Assembly: GCA_045118435.1 (NCBI GenBank)
Contig: JBGUYA010000153.1
Coordinates: 4,391 to 68,390, forward strand
Length of the DNA: 64,000 nt
Source of the DNA: Quinella sp.
GTDB taxonomy: Bacteria; Bacillota; Negativicutes; Selenomonadales; Selenomonadaceae
Direction of reading: 5' to 3'
The stretch's first letter is position 1, and every line of letters begins with the position of its first letter. Below the pieces are notes generated by a model. The model ran no database searches. It was not told the origin of the DNA and was given only the letters and a program-made list of their open reading frames with translations. The position numbers were made by a program, and so were the translations under genes. Shown in pieces: positions 17,356 to 26,342 of this stretch.

Positions 17356-18211
17356 ACCGCAACTTAAACCGATGACGGTCGCCGAGCTTAAAGTTGTTCG
17401 CATGAGCGACATGGGCGCGTTCCTCGACGCGGGCACGGGCAACACTTCCGACGATATTCTTCTGCACAAGGCACAACAAACGGCGGAAGTTTCAATCGGC
17501 GACGTCGTGAAAGTTTTTCTCTACCTTGACCCGAAGCAACGGTTGACGGCAAGCATGCGCGTTCCGAAAATGCGCGTGGGGCAGATTGCACAACTGAAAA
17601 TTATCAACGTGACGAACGACGGAGCTTTTGTCGACGCAGGAGCCGAGCGCGGAATTTTTATGCCGTTCGCCGAAATGCGCGGGCGTCCCAAAGTCGATGA
17701 GATCGTCTGGGTAAAACTCTATAGCGATAAATCGGGGCGGCTTGCGGTATCTATGAAAGTTTCCGACGAGATCCGCCGCGCCTCTCTGCCCGCCGTAAAT
17801 ATCAAGCGCGGCGACAAGGTCAAGGGAGCAATCTTTAACATAATCGACGCGGGCGCGTTCATGTTCAGCGAGCAAAGATTTATCGTCTTCATTGCGCGAA
17901 AGGAAATGCCGAGCCCGTTGCGAATCGGTGAAGTTGTCGAGGCGCGAGTAACTTTTCTGCGCGAGGACGGAAGACTTGACGCCTCACTTCGCGAGATAAA
18001 AGAAACTGCCTTGAACAGCGACGCCGAAAAAATTTTTAAGTTCATGCAGGAGAACGACGGCTCAATGCCCTTCAACGACAAGACTTCGCCCGATAAAATT
18101 TATGACGTGTTCAAAATCAGCAAGGCGGCGTTCAAGCGGGCAGTCGGTCACCTTTTCCGCGAACGTCGCATTGAAAAGGTTAACGACAATTTCCGAATCG
18201 TTCAGAAATAA
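17345..18211 (+). CDS. cvfB: CvfB/YitL-family S1-domain RNA-binding protein
   Basis: 288 aa. Repeated S1-like segments (GAFLDAG, GAFVDAG, GAFMF) and a C-terminal winged-helix-like tail (SKAAFKRAVGHLFRERRI). Confidence 0.75.
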   Translation: MKTKPQLKPMTVAELKVVRMSDMGAFLDAGTGNTSDDILLHKAQQTAEVSIGDVVKVFLYLDPKQRLTASMRVPKMRVGQIAQLKIINVTNDGAFVDAGAERGIFMPFAEMRGRPKVDEIVWVKLYSDKSGRLAVSMKVSDEIRRASLPAVNIKRGDKVKGAIFNIIDAGAFMFSEQRFIVFIARKEMPSPLRIGEVVEARVTFLREDGRLDASLREIKETALNSDAEKIFKFMQENDGSMPFNDKTSPDKIYDVFKISKAAFKRAVGHLFRERRIEKVNDNFRIVQK

Positions 18212-18215
18212 AAAA

Positions 18216-18248
18216 GGCGTCGGGAGAAATCCTGACGCTAATTTTTTC
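18216..18248. terminator. Bidirectional terminator between convergent cvfB and the GT2 gene
   Basis: A-run, then GCGTCGGG-agaaat-CCTGACGC hairpin, then TAATTTTTTCT. Confidence 0.6.
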
Positions 18249-18346
18249 TCAACTAGCAATGCGCATGCATTGCGTACCGGCGCGGAAGGTTACTCCGAAT
18301 TATCGAGCGGCACGGCGCGACCACTGGATGCAACGTCACGTTGCCG

Positions 18347-19336
18347 CTAATTTTTTTTACCATAATTCCGTTCGAGCGGCACGAGGACTTCTTTATAAAT
18401 CATGCGCCGCCCGTCAATCTCGTCAATCAGATAAATTGGTCGGCGTTTGGTCTCGTGGAAAATTTGTCCGAGATACTCGCCGATTATCCCCAACGCCAAA
18501 AGTTGCATGCCGCCCAAGAAAAGCATGACCGTCATCAAAGTCGGGTAGCCCGCCACCGGGTCGCCGTAAAGCAACGCCATTGTCAGCACGAAAAACATAT
18601 ACAGCATCGCGCAGATTGAAACCGTGATTCCAAGAAACGTCATCAATCGTAGCGGCGCGGTCGTGAAAGACGTCATGCCCTTCATTGCCAAGTTGAACAG
18701 CGCGAGGAAATTCCAAGTCGTCGTGCCGGCGGCTCGCGGCTGAACTTCAAACGGAATTTCTTTTTTGTGAAAGCCGACCCACGTGAACAAGCCTTTAGTG
18801 AACCGCTGATTCTCGCGCAGAAGTTTCAACGCTTCAATACATCTGCGGTCTAGCAGTCGGAAGTCGCCAACGTCGCGTTGCATTTCGTAAGACGTACTGA
18901 ACTTTTTCATAACGGCATAAAAAATATTCGCGCAACTTCTTTTTAGCCAAGTCTCGCCCGCGCGGTCAATTCTTTTTCCGCAAACATCGTCGTAGCCTTC
19001 ACGCCAAAATTTTATCATCTCGGAAATTTTTTCGGGCGGGTGTTGAAGGTCAGCGTCCATGATAATCACGGCGTCGCCGTCGGCAAAGTCAATGCCCGCC
19101 AGCATAGCCGATTCTTTTCCAAAATTCCGCGACAAGCTCAGATAAGTCACGTCATCATGAGCGGCGGAAAGTTCGCGGAGCTTTTCCAAAGTCGCGTCGC
19201 GACTCCCGTCGTTGACAAAAATATAATTAAACTCGCAGTCGGGAATCTTCGTGACGTGCGCTTGAACTGCGGGATAAAAAAGTTCGATAACCTCCTGCTC
19301 GTTGTAGCACGGCACAATGATTGTAATCTTGTCCAT
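18347..19336 (-). CDS. Family 2 glycosyltransferase, polyprenyl-phosphate sugar transferase type (GtrB/CsbB-like)
   Basis: 329 aa. IIVPCYNE, VNDGSRDAT, MDADLQHPP, and two C-terminal TM helices. Confidence 0.85.
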   Translation of the reverse strand: MDKITIIVPCYNEQEVIELFYPAVQAHVTKIPDCEFNYIFVNDGSRDATLEKLRELSAAHDDVTYLSLSRNFGKESAMLAGIDFADGDAVIIMDADLQHPPEKISEMIKFWREGYDDVCGKRIDRAGETWLKRSCANIFYAVMKKFSTSYEMQRDVGDFRLLDRRCIEALKLLRENQRFTKGLFTWVGFHKKEIPFEVQPRAAGTTTWNFLALFNLAMKGMTSFTTAPLRLMTFLGITVSICAMLYMFFVLTMALLYGDPVAGYPTLMTVMLFLGGMQLLALGIIGEYLGQIFHETKRRPIYLIDEIDGRRMIYKEVLVPLERNYGKKN

Positions 19337-19429
19337 AAAATTTCCTCCGCGAAAATTATAGCACAGATTTTCATTGATAAAAGACGGGCAATGATATAAA
19401 ATCGGGAAAATTTTATGCGAGGTTCAAAC

Positions 19430-20143
19430 ATGAAGAGAATTTTTTTGGAAGACTTGACCGCCGCCGAGCTTAAGATAAGCGGGCAAGACGCGCGGCATTT
19501 GGCGTATTCGCTTCGGGCGCGGCGCGGCGACAAAATTAGAGCAGTCGACAGGGCGGGCAACTGCGCGGTCATTGAGCTGATTGATTTTAATAATGACAGC
19601 GTTAAGGCGCGGCGCATTGGCGAAATGCAGAAAGTTGCCGTTGAGAGAAAAATTATCCTTGCCGACTGCTTGCCAAAACAAAATCGCTTTGAGACGATTA
19701 TTGAGAAGGCGACGGAGCTGGGCGTAGATAAAATTCAGCCGCTCATTTCGGAAAGGACAATCGCCCGCCCGAAAGACAAGTTGGAGCGTTGGCGGCGCAT
19801 TGCGAAAGAATCTTCCGAGCAGTGCGGGCGCGATACCATTCCCGAAATCGGCGACGTGCGCAAGCTTGACGATTGGCTTAAGGAAATTTTCCCGCTCAAA
19901 GAAAATTGGCTGTTCCTTTTCTGTTGGGAGTTGGAAAAGACGACGACTGTCCGCGAAGTTTTGAGCGCGAATAGAAATTCAAATATTATCGTGTTGATTG
20001 GACCGGAGGGCGGCTTTTCGGAGCGCGAAGTTTTGGCGATAAAAATTGCCGGCGGCGTGAGTGCGAGTTTGGGCAGTCGCATTTTGAAGACGGACACGGC
20101 GGCTATTTCCGTGTTGGCGATGATTAACTATGAACGCATGTAA
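19430..20143 (+). CDS. rsmE: 16S rRNA (uracil1498-N3)-methyltransferase
   Basis: ORF 19415..20143. ATG at 19430 follows GAGG. RFETIIEKATELGV, LIGPEGGFSEREV and RILKTDTAA (SPOUT knot). Confidence 0.85.
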   Translation: MKRIFLEDLTAAELKISGQDARHLAYSLRARRGDKIRAVDRAGNCAVIELIDFNNDSVKARRIGEMQKVAVERKIILADCLPKQNRFETIIEKATELGVDKIQPLISERTIARPKDKLERWRRIAKESSEQCGRDTIPEIGDVRKLDDWLKEIFPLKENWLFLFCWELEKTTTVREVLSANRNSNIIVLIGPEGGFSEREVLAIKIAGGVSASLGSRILKTDTAAISVLAMINYERM

Positions 20144-21428
20144 AGTTTTCTTCATGACGCTGGGTTGCAAGGTCAATCAGTACGAGTCGGAGGCAATGCA
20201 AAAACTTTTCGAGGCGGCGGGCTACGAAGTCGCGGAGGAAATTTCTTCGGCTGATGTCGTCGTCGTGAACACCTGCACAGTGACGGCGGTTAGTTCGCAG
20301 AAGTCGCGGCAGATGATTCGTCGCGCGGCGAAGGAAAATTGCTTGGTGGTGGTCGTCGGCTGTTACGCGCAGAGCGAGCCAGAAGAGATTGCAAAGATTG
20401 ACGGCGTTGATATTATAATCGGCACGAAAGATAGAGTTCGCGTTGTTGAGCTTGTCGAGGCGGCTTTGGCAATTAGGAATGAGGAATTAGGAATTAGGAA
20501 TTTTGTTGGAAGCGTTGAAGATATTCGCGACTTTGAAGAGCTTCCGCACACGCCGCACAGGACGCGAGCTTTCTTGAAGATTGAAGACGGTTGCAACAAT
20601 TTCTGCTCCTACTGCATAATTCCCTACGTTCGCGGGCGCGTTCGCAGTCGCAACCTTGAAAGTATTCGCGCGGAGTGTCTTGCGCTCAAGGCGGCGGGCT
20701 TTAAAGAAATTGTCTTGACGGGAATTCACATTGGAGCTTACGGGCGCGACTTCAAAGATAAAAACCTTGTCGACGCGATTAAGACTGTGCTTGACGCGGC
20801 TAATCCATTAAGACTTCGTTTAGGTTCGCTTGAATCCGCCGAGTTGACCGACGAATTGATTGAGCTGATTAAAAATGATAAGCGCATTTGCAATCATGTA
20901 CATTTGCCGTTGCAATCGGGCAGTGACGAAATTTTAAAGGCGATGCGCCGCCCTTACACGACAAAAAGCTTCGCGGAGCTGACTGCGCGGCTCGTCAAAG
21001 AAGTTCCAGAAATTTCAATCGGCACAGATTTAATCGTCGGCTTTCCAGGCGAGACTGATAAACACTTCAACGAGACGCTGGAGTTTATCAAAGCGCAACC
21101 GTTCAGCAAAATTCACGTGTTCCCATTTTCTGCGCGGGCAGGCACAGTTGCGGCGACGTTGCCGAATAAAATCCCTCCGCAGATAAAAAAAGTCCGCGCA
21201 GGTCGAGCATTGGAAGTTTCTCGTGCGAAGTCGGAAAGTTTTTGCAGTCAGCTAATCGGCAAGACGGTTGAGATAATCGCGGAGACTTCGACGGGCGGAG
21301 TTGTTGACGGCTTGACTAAAAATTATGTTCGTGTCTACGTGCCCGATGAAAATATTAAACTCGGCGAAGTCGTCAAGGTTCGCGTCGAAAAAATTTTCAA
21401 GGACGGCGTGACGGGCGCAAAAATCTAA
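20130..21428 (+). CDS. mtaB: tRNA t6A37 methylthiotransferase MtaB
   Basis: 432 aa. MTLGCKVNQYES, NTCTVT, radical SAM CNNFCSYC, and a C-terminal TRAM domain. Carries an in-frame heptamer-repeat insert at 20471-20503. Confidence 0.88.
   Translation: MNACKVFFMTLGCKVNQYESEAMQKLFEAAGYEVAEEISSADVVVVNTCTVTAVSSQKSRQMIRRAAKENCLVVVVGCYAQSEPEEIAKIDGVDIIIGTKDRVRVVELVEAALAIRNEELGIRNFVGSVEDIRDFEELPHTPHRTRAFLKIEDGCNNFCSYCIIPYVRGRVRSRNLESIRAECLALKAAGFKEIVLTGIHIGAYGRDFKDKNLVDAIKTVLDAANPLRLRLGSLESAELTDELIELIKNDKRICNHVHLPLQSGSDEILKAMRRPYTTKSFAELTARLVKEVPEISIGTDLIVGFPGETDKHFNETLEFIKAQPFSKIHVFPFSARAGTVAATLPNKIPPQIKKVRAGRALEVSRAKSESFCSQLIGKTVEIIAETSTGGVVDGLTKNYVRVYVPDENIKLGEVVKVRVEKIFKDGVTGAKI
20471..20503. repeat. 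Heptamer repeat (AATTAGG units) inside the mtaB coding sequence
   Basis: AATTAGG AATGAGG AATTAGG AATTAGG AATTT. It is 33 nt and in frame, encoding IRNEELGIRNF in the linker before the radical SAM domain. Confidence 0.85.
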
Positions 21429-21497
21429 GCGGTTGTCCCTTGCCCGTTGCCCCTTATCTGTTGTACAATGCTTGAAACTTTAAAGGGGTGTGATTTG

Positions 21498-21776
21498 ATG
21501 AGCGACGAGACCAAAACGGTCAGCGACGAAACGCGCATGTTCAACTTCGGTGCGGAGGAAAATCGTGCGCAAAGCGTCATTAAGAATGCATACAGAGCAA
21601 TGACCGAGAAGGGCTATAATCCCGTGCACCAACTTGTTGGCTATCTTTTGAGCGGTGACCCCGCGTATGTAACAGGTCACTTGGAGGCGCGCAGTAAAAT
21701 TCGCAAAGTAGAGCGCGACGAACTTTTGGAAGAACTCGTGCGAACCTACCTTGCGCACTTGGAGGGCAAAAAGTGA
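21498..21776 (+). CDS. ireB: IreB-family regulatory phosphoprotein (UPF0297)
   Basis: I trimmed ORF 21447..21776 to the ATG at 21498. TRMFNF, YNPVHQLVGYLLSGDPAYVT and ELLEELVR. Confidence 0.85.
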   Translation: MSDETKTVSDETRMFNFGAEENRAQSVIKNAYRAMTEKGYNPVHQLVGYLLSGDPAYVTGHLEARSKIRKVERDELLEELVRTYLAHLEGKK

Positions 21777-22189
21777 GAGCACTCGCCCTTGACATTGGCG
21801 ACAAGACGATTGGCATTGCCGCGAGCGATTTACTCGGCATAACCGCGCAGGGCGTCGAGACTATTCGCCGCACGTCAGATAAAAACGATTTGAAACGACT
21901 TGGCGAACTCGTAAAAGATTTTGAAGCGACGACTTTCATTATCGGCTTGCCGAAAAACATGGACGGCACGGAGGGAACTCGTTGCGAGCTTGTTAAAAAG
22001 TTCGCGGAAAAAATCTGCGCGGTTTTCCCAGAAGTCAATCAAATTTTTTGGGACGAGCGGCTAAGCACGGTTGCGGCGACGAAAAATTTAATCGCGGCGG
22101 ATGTCAGCCGCAAGAAACGCAAGAAGGTTATCGACAAAATGGCGGCAGTTTATATCTTGCAGGGCTGGCTTGATTCAATTAGGAATTAG
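21773..22189 (+). CDS. ruvX: Holliday junction resolvase-like nuclease RuvX (YqgF)
   Basis: 138 aa. ALDIGDKTIGIA, IGLPKNMDGT, WDERLST and DKMAAVYILQ. Confidence 0.9.
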   Translation: MRALALDIGDKTIGIAASDLLGITAQGVETIRRTSDKNDLKRLGELVKDFEATTFIIGLPKNMDGTEGTRCELVKKFAEKICAVFPEVNQIFWDERLSTVAATKNLIAADVSRKKRKKVIDKMAAVYILQGWLDSIRN

Positions 22190-22209
22190 GAATTAGGAAT
22201 GAGGAATTT
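22177..22209. repeat. Heptamer repeat (AATTAGG units)
   Basis: AATTAGG AATTAGG AATTAGG AATGAGG AATTT. The last ruvX codons ATT AGG AAT TAG are part of the array. Confidence 0.85.
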
Positions 22210-22212
22210 GTA

Positions 22213-22518
22213 ATGGGTAAAGAAGAAAATTTTGACGACGATTTTTTGATTGAGATGACCGACGACGAAGGCAACGTTTTCTATTACGTCGAGGAAATGA
22301 TTATCCCCGTCGGCGAGGAAACTTTCGCGCTGTTGGTTGAGGTCAAAGACGAACATGAACACGGCGCGGGTTGCGATTGCGGCTGTGAGAACGACGACGT
22401 TATCATTGCCAAAATCGTTGTGAACGCGAACGGCGAGGAAGAGTATATCGAGCCGACGGATGAGGAGTTTGAAAAAGTTCAGGCGGCTTACGAAAAACTT
22501 TTGGATGAGGAAGAATGA
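22213..22518 (+). CDS. DUF1292 (UPF0473/YrzB) family protein
   Basis: 101 aa and acidic. DDEGNVFYYVEEMIIPVGEETFALLV is typical, and it sits in the conserved ruvX-DUF1292-mltG position. Confidence 0.75.
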   Translation: MGKEENFDDDFLIEMTDDEGNVFYYVEEMIIPVGEETFALLVEVKDEHEHGAGCDCGCENDDVIIAKIVVNANGEEEYIEPTDEEFEKVQAAYEKLLDEEE

Positions 22519-23675
22519 GAGACCCCGACGAGCACGAATCCAAAATCCCGTCGCGCCGCGCAGGCAAGAAGTCTTTTGCAACTTTCGTGCGCGAAAAGCT
22601 CCGCGAATCCTACAGCGGCTTGCGCGAGGAAATTTCTTTTAAGTACGTCGCGAGCGTGGCGGGCGCGGTTTTCTTTTGCATTGTGGCAATCGGTGCGGTG
22701 TTGATTTTCGCCGATCCTACCGTTGCTCATATCAACAAGCCCGTTGCAACGGAGGGCGATGAAACTTCGACTGCCGATATTGAACGACGCGTCAACGTCA
22801 AAATTCGAGAGGGACTTTCGACGGCAGAGATTGCCGACCGTTTGGCGGAGAAGGGCATTATCGACAGCACGTTGAAATTTCGATTGATGGCGCGGATTTA
22901 CGGTTACGACGACAAGTTGAGACCCGGCTCCTACAGTTTTACTCTTGGCATGTCGGAGGAAGAAGTCTTTGCAAAACTTTTGACGGGCGAGAAAAAATTG
23001 GTTCAGTTCACGGTGCCGGAAGGCTTTGGCGTCAAAGAAATTGCCGAGCGGCTTTATAACCTTGAACTTGCCGACAAGGAAGAATTCCTGCGCGAGGCGG
23101 AGACTTTCGCGCCGTTCGAGTACATGCACAAGCACAAGGATACTTTCTTTGCGGCGGAAGGTTTTCTCTTCCCCGACACGTACACGGTCGAAAGCGACGT
23201 TGAGATTGAGGAAATTTTGAGCTTAATGGCAAACACCTTCGACGAGAAATTAACGCGGTCAATGCGCGAGCAAGCTTTGAAAATGGACTTGTCGATTTAC
23301 GAGCTGATAACATTGGCGTCGCTTGTCGAGCGCGAAGTCCGATTCCCCGAAGATCGCGCGATTGTCGCGCAGGTTTTGTTAAAGCGGCTCAAAATGAACA
23401 TGCCTTTGCAGACCGACGCGACGTTGCAATATTTAATGGACACGCCAAAGGAAGAAGTCTCGATTGCCGACACGCAGATTGATTCGCCGTACAATACTTA
23501 TCAGCACGCTGGACTTCCTCCGGGACCGATTGCAAATCCGGGCATGGCGTCGATTGAGGCAGTCCTTCACCCCGCCGACACCGATTATCTTTACTTTGTC
23601 GCCGACCGTAGTGGGCACAATCACTACGCCAACACTTACGAGGAGCATTTGAATCTTGTCAATAAATATCGGTAA
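22515..23675 (+). CDS. mltG: Endolytic murein transglycosylase MltG (YceG-like)
   Basis: 386 aa. N-terminal TM anchor, LRPGSYSF, ASLVEREV and SPYNTYQHAGLPPGPIANPG. Confidence 0.9.
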   Translation: MRDPDEHESKIPSRRAGKKSFATFVREKLRESYSGLREEISFKYVASVAGAVFFCIVAIGAVLIFADPTVAHINKPVATEGDETSTADIERRVNVKIREGLSTAEIADRLAEKGIIDSTLKFRLMARIYGYDDKLRPGSYSFTLGMSEEEVFAKLLTGEKKLVQFTVPEGFGVKEIAERLYNLELADKEEFLREAETFAPFEYMHKHKDTFFAAEGFLFPDTYTVESDVEIEEILSLMANTFDEKLTRSMREQALKMDLSIYELITLASLVEREVRFPEDRAIVAQVLLKRLKMNMPLQTDATLQYLMDTPKEEVSIADTQIDSPYNTYQHAGLPPGPIANPGMASIEAVLHPADTDYLYFVADRSGHNHYANTYEEHLNLVNKYR

Positions 23676-24912
23676 AGCAATGCGAAATGCGCAATGCGTA
23701 ATTCGTAATGAATTCGTTAAGCCTGAACTTTTGGCACCTGCTGGGAATTTTGAGAAGTTGCAAGCCGCGCTGATTTACGGGGCGGACGCGGTTTATTTTG
23801 GCGGCAAAAGTTTCAGTCTTCGCGCTTACGGCGACAACTTCACACGCGACGAAATTTTGAAGGCGGTCGACTTCACGCACGCGCTTGGCAAAAAGATTTA
23901 TGCGGCGGTGAATATCTTCGCGCACAACGGAGACCTCGCCGCCCTTGCCGACTACTTGAAGTTTTTAGCCCGCGCAGGTGTCGACGCGGTTTTAGTTTCG
24001 GACTTGGGAGTTATGACTTTGGCGCGTGAGTTGACCGATTTAAAAATCCACGTCAGCACACAAGCGAACGTCACGAATTGGCGGGCGGCGAAGTTCTTTC
24101 ACGAACTCGGAGCAAGTCGAATCGTCTTGGCTCGCGAACTCACGCGCGAAGAAATTCTGGAGATTAAGGCGAACTGCGCGGCGGAGTTGGAAATTTTCAT
24201 ACACGGCGCAATGTGCATATCGTATTCGGGGCGGTGTTGGCTGTCGAAGTTTTTAACGGGGCGCGACGCGAATCAAGGCGCGTGTACTCATTCTTGCCGC
24301 TGGAAATACAGGTTAGTTGAGGAAAAACGCGCGGGCGAATTTTTTCCAGTCGGCGAAGACGAGCGCGGCTCCTACGTCATGAACTCAAAAGACTTGTGCT
24401 TGCTCCCGTTTCTTGATAAGGTGATTCAAAGCGGCGTCGCGAGCTTGAAGATTGAAGGGCGCATGAAGAGCGTTAATTACGTGGCGGGTGTTGTGAAGGT
24501 TTATCGGGCGGCGATTGATTCTTACTTCGACGGCAATTTTAAAGTGCGCGACGAGTGGCTTGCCGAACTGAATAAGATTGCGCACCGACCGTATACGACG
24601 GGCTTTTTCATGAGCGACGGCGAGCCGACAGAAATTTACGAGACTTCAAAGCCAAGTCGCGCGTCAAACTTTTTGGGGATAGTTCGCGCCTTCGACGCAA
24701 GCACAATGACCGCAACGCTTGAACAGCGCGGCAAGTTTGAAGTCGGCGAGCGCGTTGAGTTTTTTCAACCGCGCGGCGAAACTTTTTCACAAAAAATAAC
24801 TGCACTGCGCGACACGGACGGGCAAGAAATTTTATCGGCACCGCACGCGCAACAAATTGTAAAAATACCCGTCGACAAGCCCGTTGACATTTGGTCACTA
24901 ATGAGGAGTTGA
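23656..24912 (+). CDS. Peptidase U32 family protein
   Basis: 418 aa. KPELLAPAGNFEKLQAALIYGADAVYFGG and the CxxxxxxC region HGAMCISYSGRC. The first ~18 codons are read from the repeat array, so the true start is uncertain. Confidence 0.85.
   Translation: MSINIGKAMRNAQCVIRNEFVKPELLAPAGNFEKLQAALIYGADAVYFGGKSFSLRAYGDNFTRDEILKAVDFTHALGKKIYAAVNIFAHNGDLAALADYLKFLARAGVDAVLVSDLGVMTLARELTDLKIHVSTQANVTNWRAAKFFHELGASRIVLARELTREEILEIKANCAAELEIFIHGAMCISYSGRCWLSKFLTGRDANQGACTHSCRWKYRLVEEKRAGEFFPVGEDERGSYVMNSKDLCLLPFLDKVIQSGVASLKIEGRMKSVNYVAGVVKVYRAAIDSYFDGNFKVRDEWLAELNKIAHRPYTTGFFMSDGEPTEIYETSKPSRASNFLGIVRAFDASTMTATLEQRGKFEVGERVEFFQPRGETFSQKITALRDTDGQEILSAPHAQQIVKIPVDKPVDIWSLMRS
23677..23711. repeat. Heptamer repeat (AATGCGN/TAATTCG units)
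   Basis: GCAATGCG AAATGCG CAATGCG TAATTCG TAATG, at the mltG / U32 junction. Confidence 0.85.
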
Positions 24913-24917
24913 GACTT

Positions 24918-25265
24918 ATGAGCTTTTGGAGAAATATATTTGGCGGCGCGGACGAAGACGCCGAGACGATTGCGGCGGTCAACGTCGAAAATGCCGTTCG
25001 CAAGGCTGGCAGGGCAGAAGGTCGAGTTCAAGGCGTCGGCTTTCGTTTTTTTGTTCAGAGCAATGCAAAGACAATGGACTTGACGGGCTGGGTTAAAAAC
25101 ATGAGCGACGGCTCAGTTACCATGGAACTTCAGGGCGAACCGGAGACCGTTGAACGCCTTATCGCCAAGATTAAGAAGGGCAACGACTGGATTAAAGTCA
25201 CGAACTTTGAGGAAAGTGATTTGCCCGTTGTTGACGGCGAAAACACTTTTGCTATCAGATATTGA
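24918..25265 (+). CDS. acyP: Acylphosphatase, tandem copy 1
   Basis: ATG at 24918 with AGGAG upstream (ORF 24891..25265). [11 protein letters not shown] signature and [17 protein letters not shown]. Confidence 0.85.
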   Translation: MSFWRNIFGGADEDAETIAAVNVENAVRKAGRAEGRVQGVGFRFFVQSNAKTMDLTGWVKNMSDGSVTMELQGEPETVERLIAKIKKGNDWIKVTNFEESDLPVVDGENTFAIRY

Positions 25266-25274
25266 GGTGCGATT

Positions 25275-25553
25275 ATGGATTTAGTTCGCAAGGCAGGTCG
25301 CGCAGAAGGTCGAGTTCAAGGCGTTGGCTTTCGCATGTTCGTCAATGATTTGGCAATGGAACTCGGCGCAACTGGCTGGGTTAAAAATATGCGCGACGGC
25401 TCGGTTACAATGGAGTTGCAGGGCGAGCCGCCGACTATTGAACGCCTTATCGCCGAAATTAAAAAGGGCGATGATTGGATTAAAGTCACAAACTTTGAGG
25501 AAAGTGATTTGCCTGTTGTCGCTACCGAAAACACTTTTGCCGTAAGATATTGA
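25275..25553 (+). CDS. acyP: Acylphosphatase, tandem copy 2
   Basis: 92 aa. [11 protein letters not shown] and [17 protein letters not shown]. Long stretches of DNA identity with copy 1. Confidence 0.88.
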   Translation: MDLVRKAGRAEGRVQGVGFRMFVNDLAMELGATGWVKNMRDGSVTMELQGEPPTIERLIAEIKKGDDWIKVTNFEESDLPVVATENTFAVRY

Positions 25554-25562
25554 GGAGGAGTT

Positions 25563-25883
25563 ATGGGTTTACTTACCGATAAATTTTGCAACCAGGTCGA
25601 GTCCGAAAAGATCGTTCGCAAGGCGGGCAGGGCTAAAGGTCGCGTTCAAGGCGTTGGCTTTCGCGTCTTCGTCAGAAATTCTGCGCGGGATTGCGGCGTG
25701 ACGGGTTGGGTAAAAAATATGAGCGACGGCTCAGTTACAATGGAGTTGCAGGGCGCGGAGCAGATTCTTGAACAACTCGTCGAGAATATAAAAATGGGCA
25801 GAGGTCGAATCAAAGTCAACGAGCTGGAGCTTGACGACTTGCCCGTTGCGGAAGGAGAGAAAGGCTTTGCAATTAGAAAGTGA
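25563..25883 (+). CDS. acyP: Acylphosphatase, tandem copy 3
   Basis: 106 aa. [11 protein letters not shown] and [17 protein letters not shown]. More diverged C-terminus. Confidence 0.85.
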   Translation: MGLLTDKFCNQVESEKIVRKAGRAKGRVQGVGFRVFVRNSARDCGVTGWVKNMSDGSVTMELQGAEQILEQLVENIKMGRGRIKVNELELDDLPVAEGEKGFAIRK

Positions 25884-25887
25884 CGGC

Positions 25888-26337
25888 TTGAACGTCAAGA
25901 GAATTTTAGTTTTGAACGGACCGAATTTGAATTTGCTTGGGACGCGCGAACCGGAAATTTACGGACGAACGACGCTCAACGACATAAACGAAATACTGCG
26001 CGAGCGTGCGGAAGAGGCGGGCGTTGACGAGATAAATTTTCTGCAGTCAAACTTCGAGGGCGAACTCGTCGAGGCGATACAAAAGGCGCGAGGGCGTTAC
26101 GATTTCATTTTGCTCAACGCGGGCGCACTGACGCATTACAGCATAGCTCTGCGCGACGCGATAGCCGCCGTGCCCGTGCCTGTGATTGAGTTGCACTTGT
26201 CGAATATACACAAGCGCGAGGAGTTCCGCCACACGTCAGTTATCGCGCCGGTCGTCATGGGGCAAATCTGCGGTTTCGGAATTGACAGCTACATTGCCGC
26301 GCTTGACATTGCAATTCGCAAGTTGCAGAAGAGTTAG
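25888..26337 (+). CDS. aroQ: Type II 3-dehydroquinate dehydratase
   Basis: ORF 25831..26337. The in-frame TTG at 25888 gives (M)[25 protein letters not shown], the canonical AroQ N-terminus. Also [13 protein letters not shown]. Confidence 0.88.
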   Translation: MNVKRILVLNGPNLNLLGTREPEIYGRTTLNDINEILRERAEEAGVDEINFLQSNFEGELVEAIQKARGRYDFILLNAGALTHYSIALRDAIAAVPVPVIELHLSNIHKREEFRHTSVIAPVVMGQICGFGIDSYIAALDIAIRKLQKS

Positions 26338-26342
26338 GGACA

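Noticed and set aside
25831-25887. Upstream ATG start for aroQ given by the ORF track
   Set aside because: It would overlap the third acylphosphatase gene by 53 nt and add a non-conserved 19-aa extension. The in-frame TTG at 25888 restores the canonical AroQ N-terminus.
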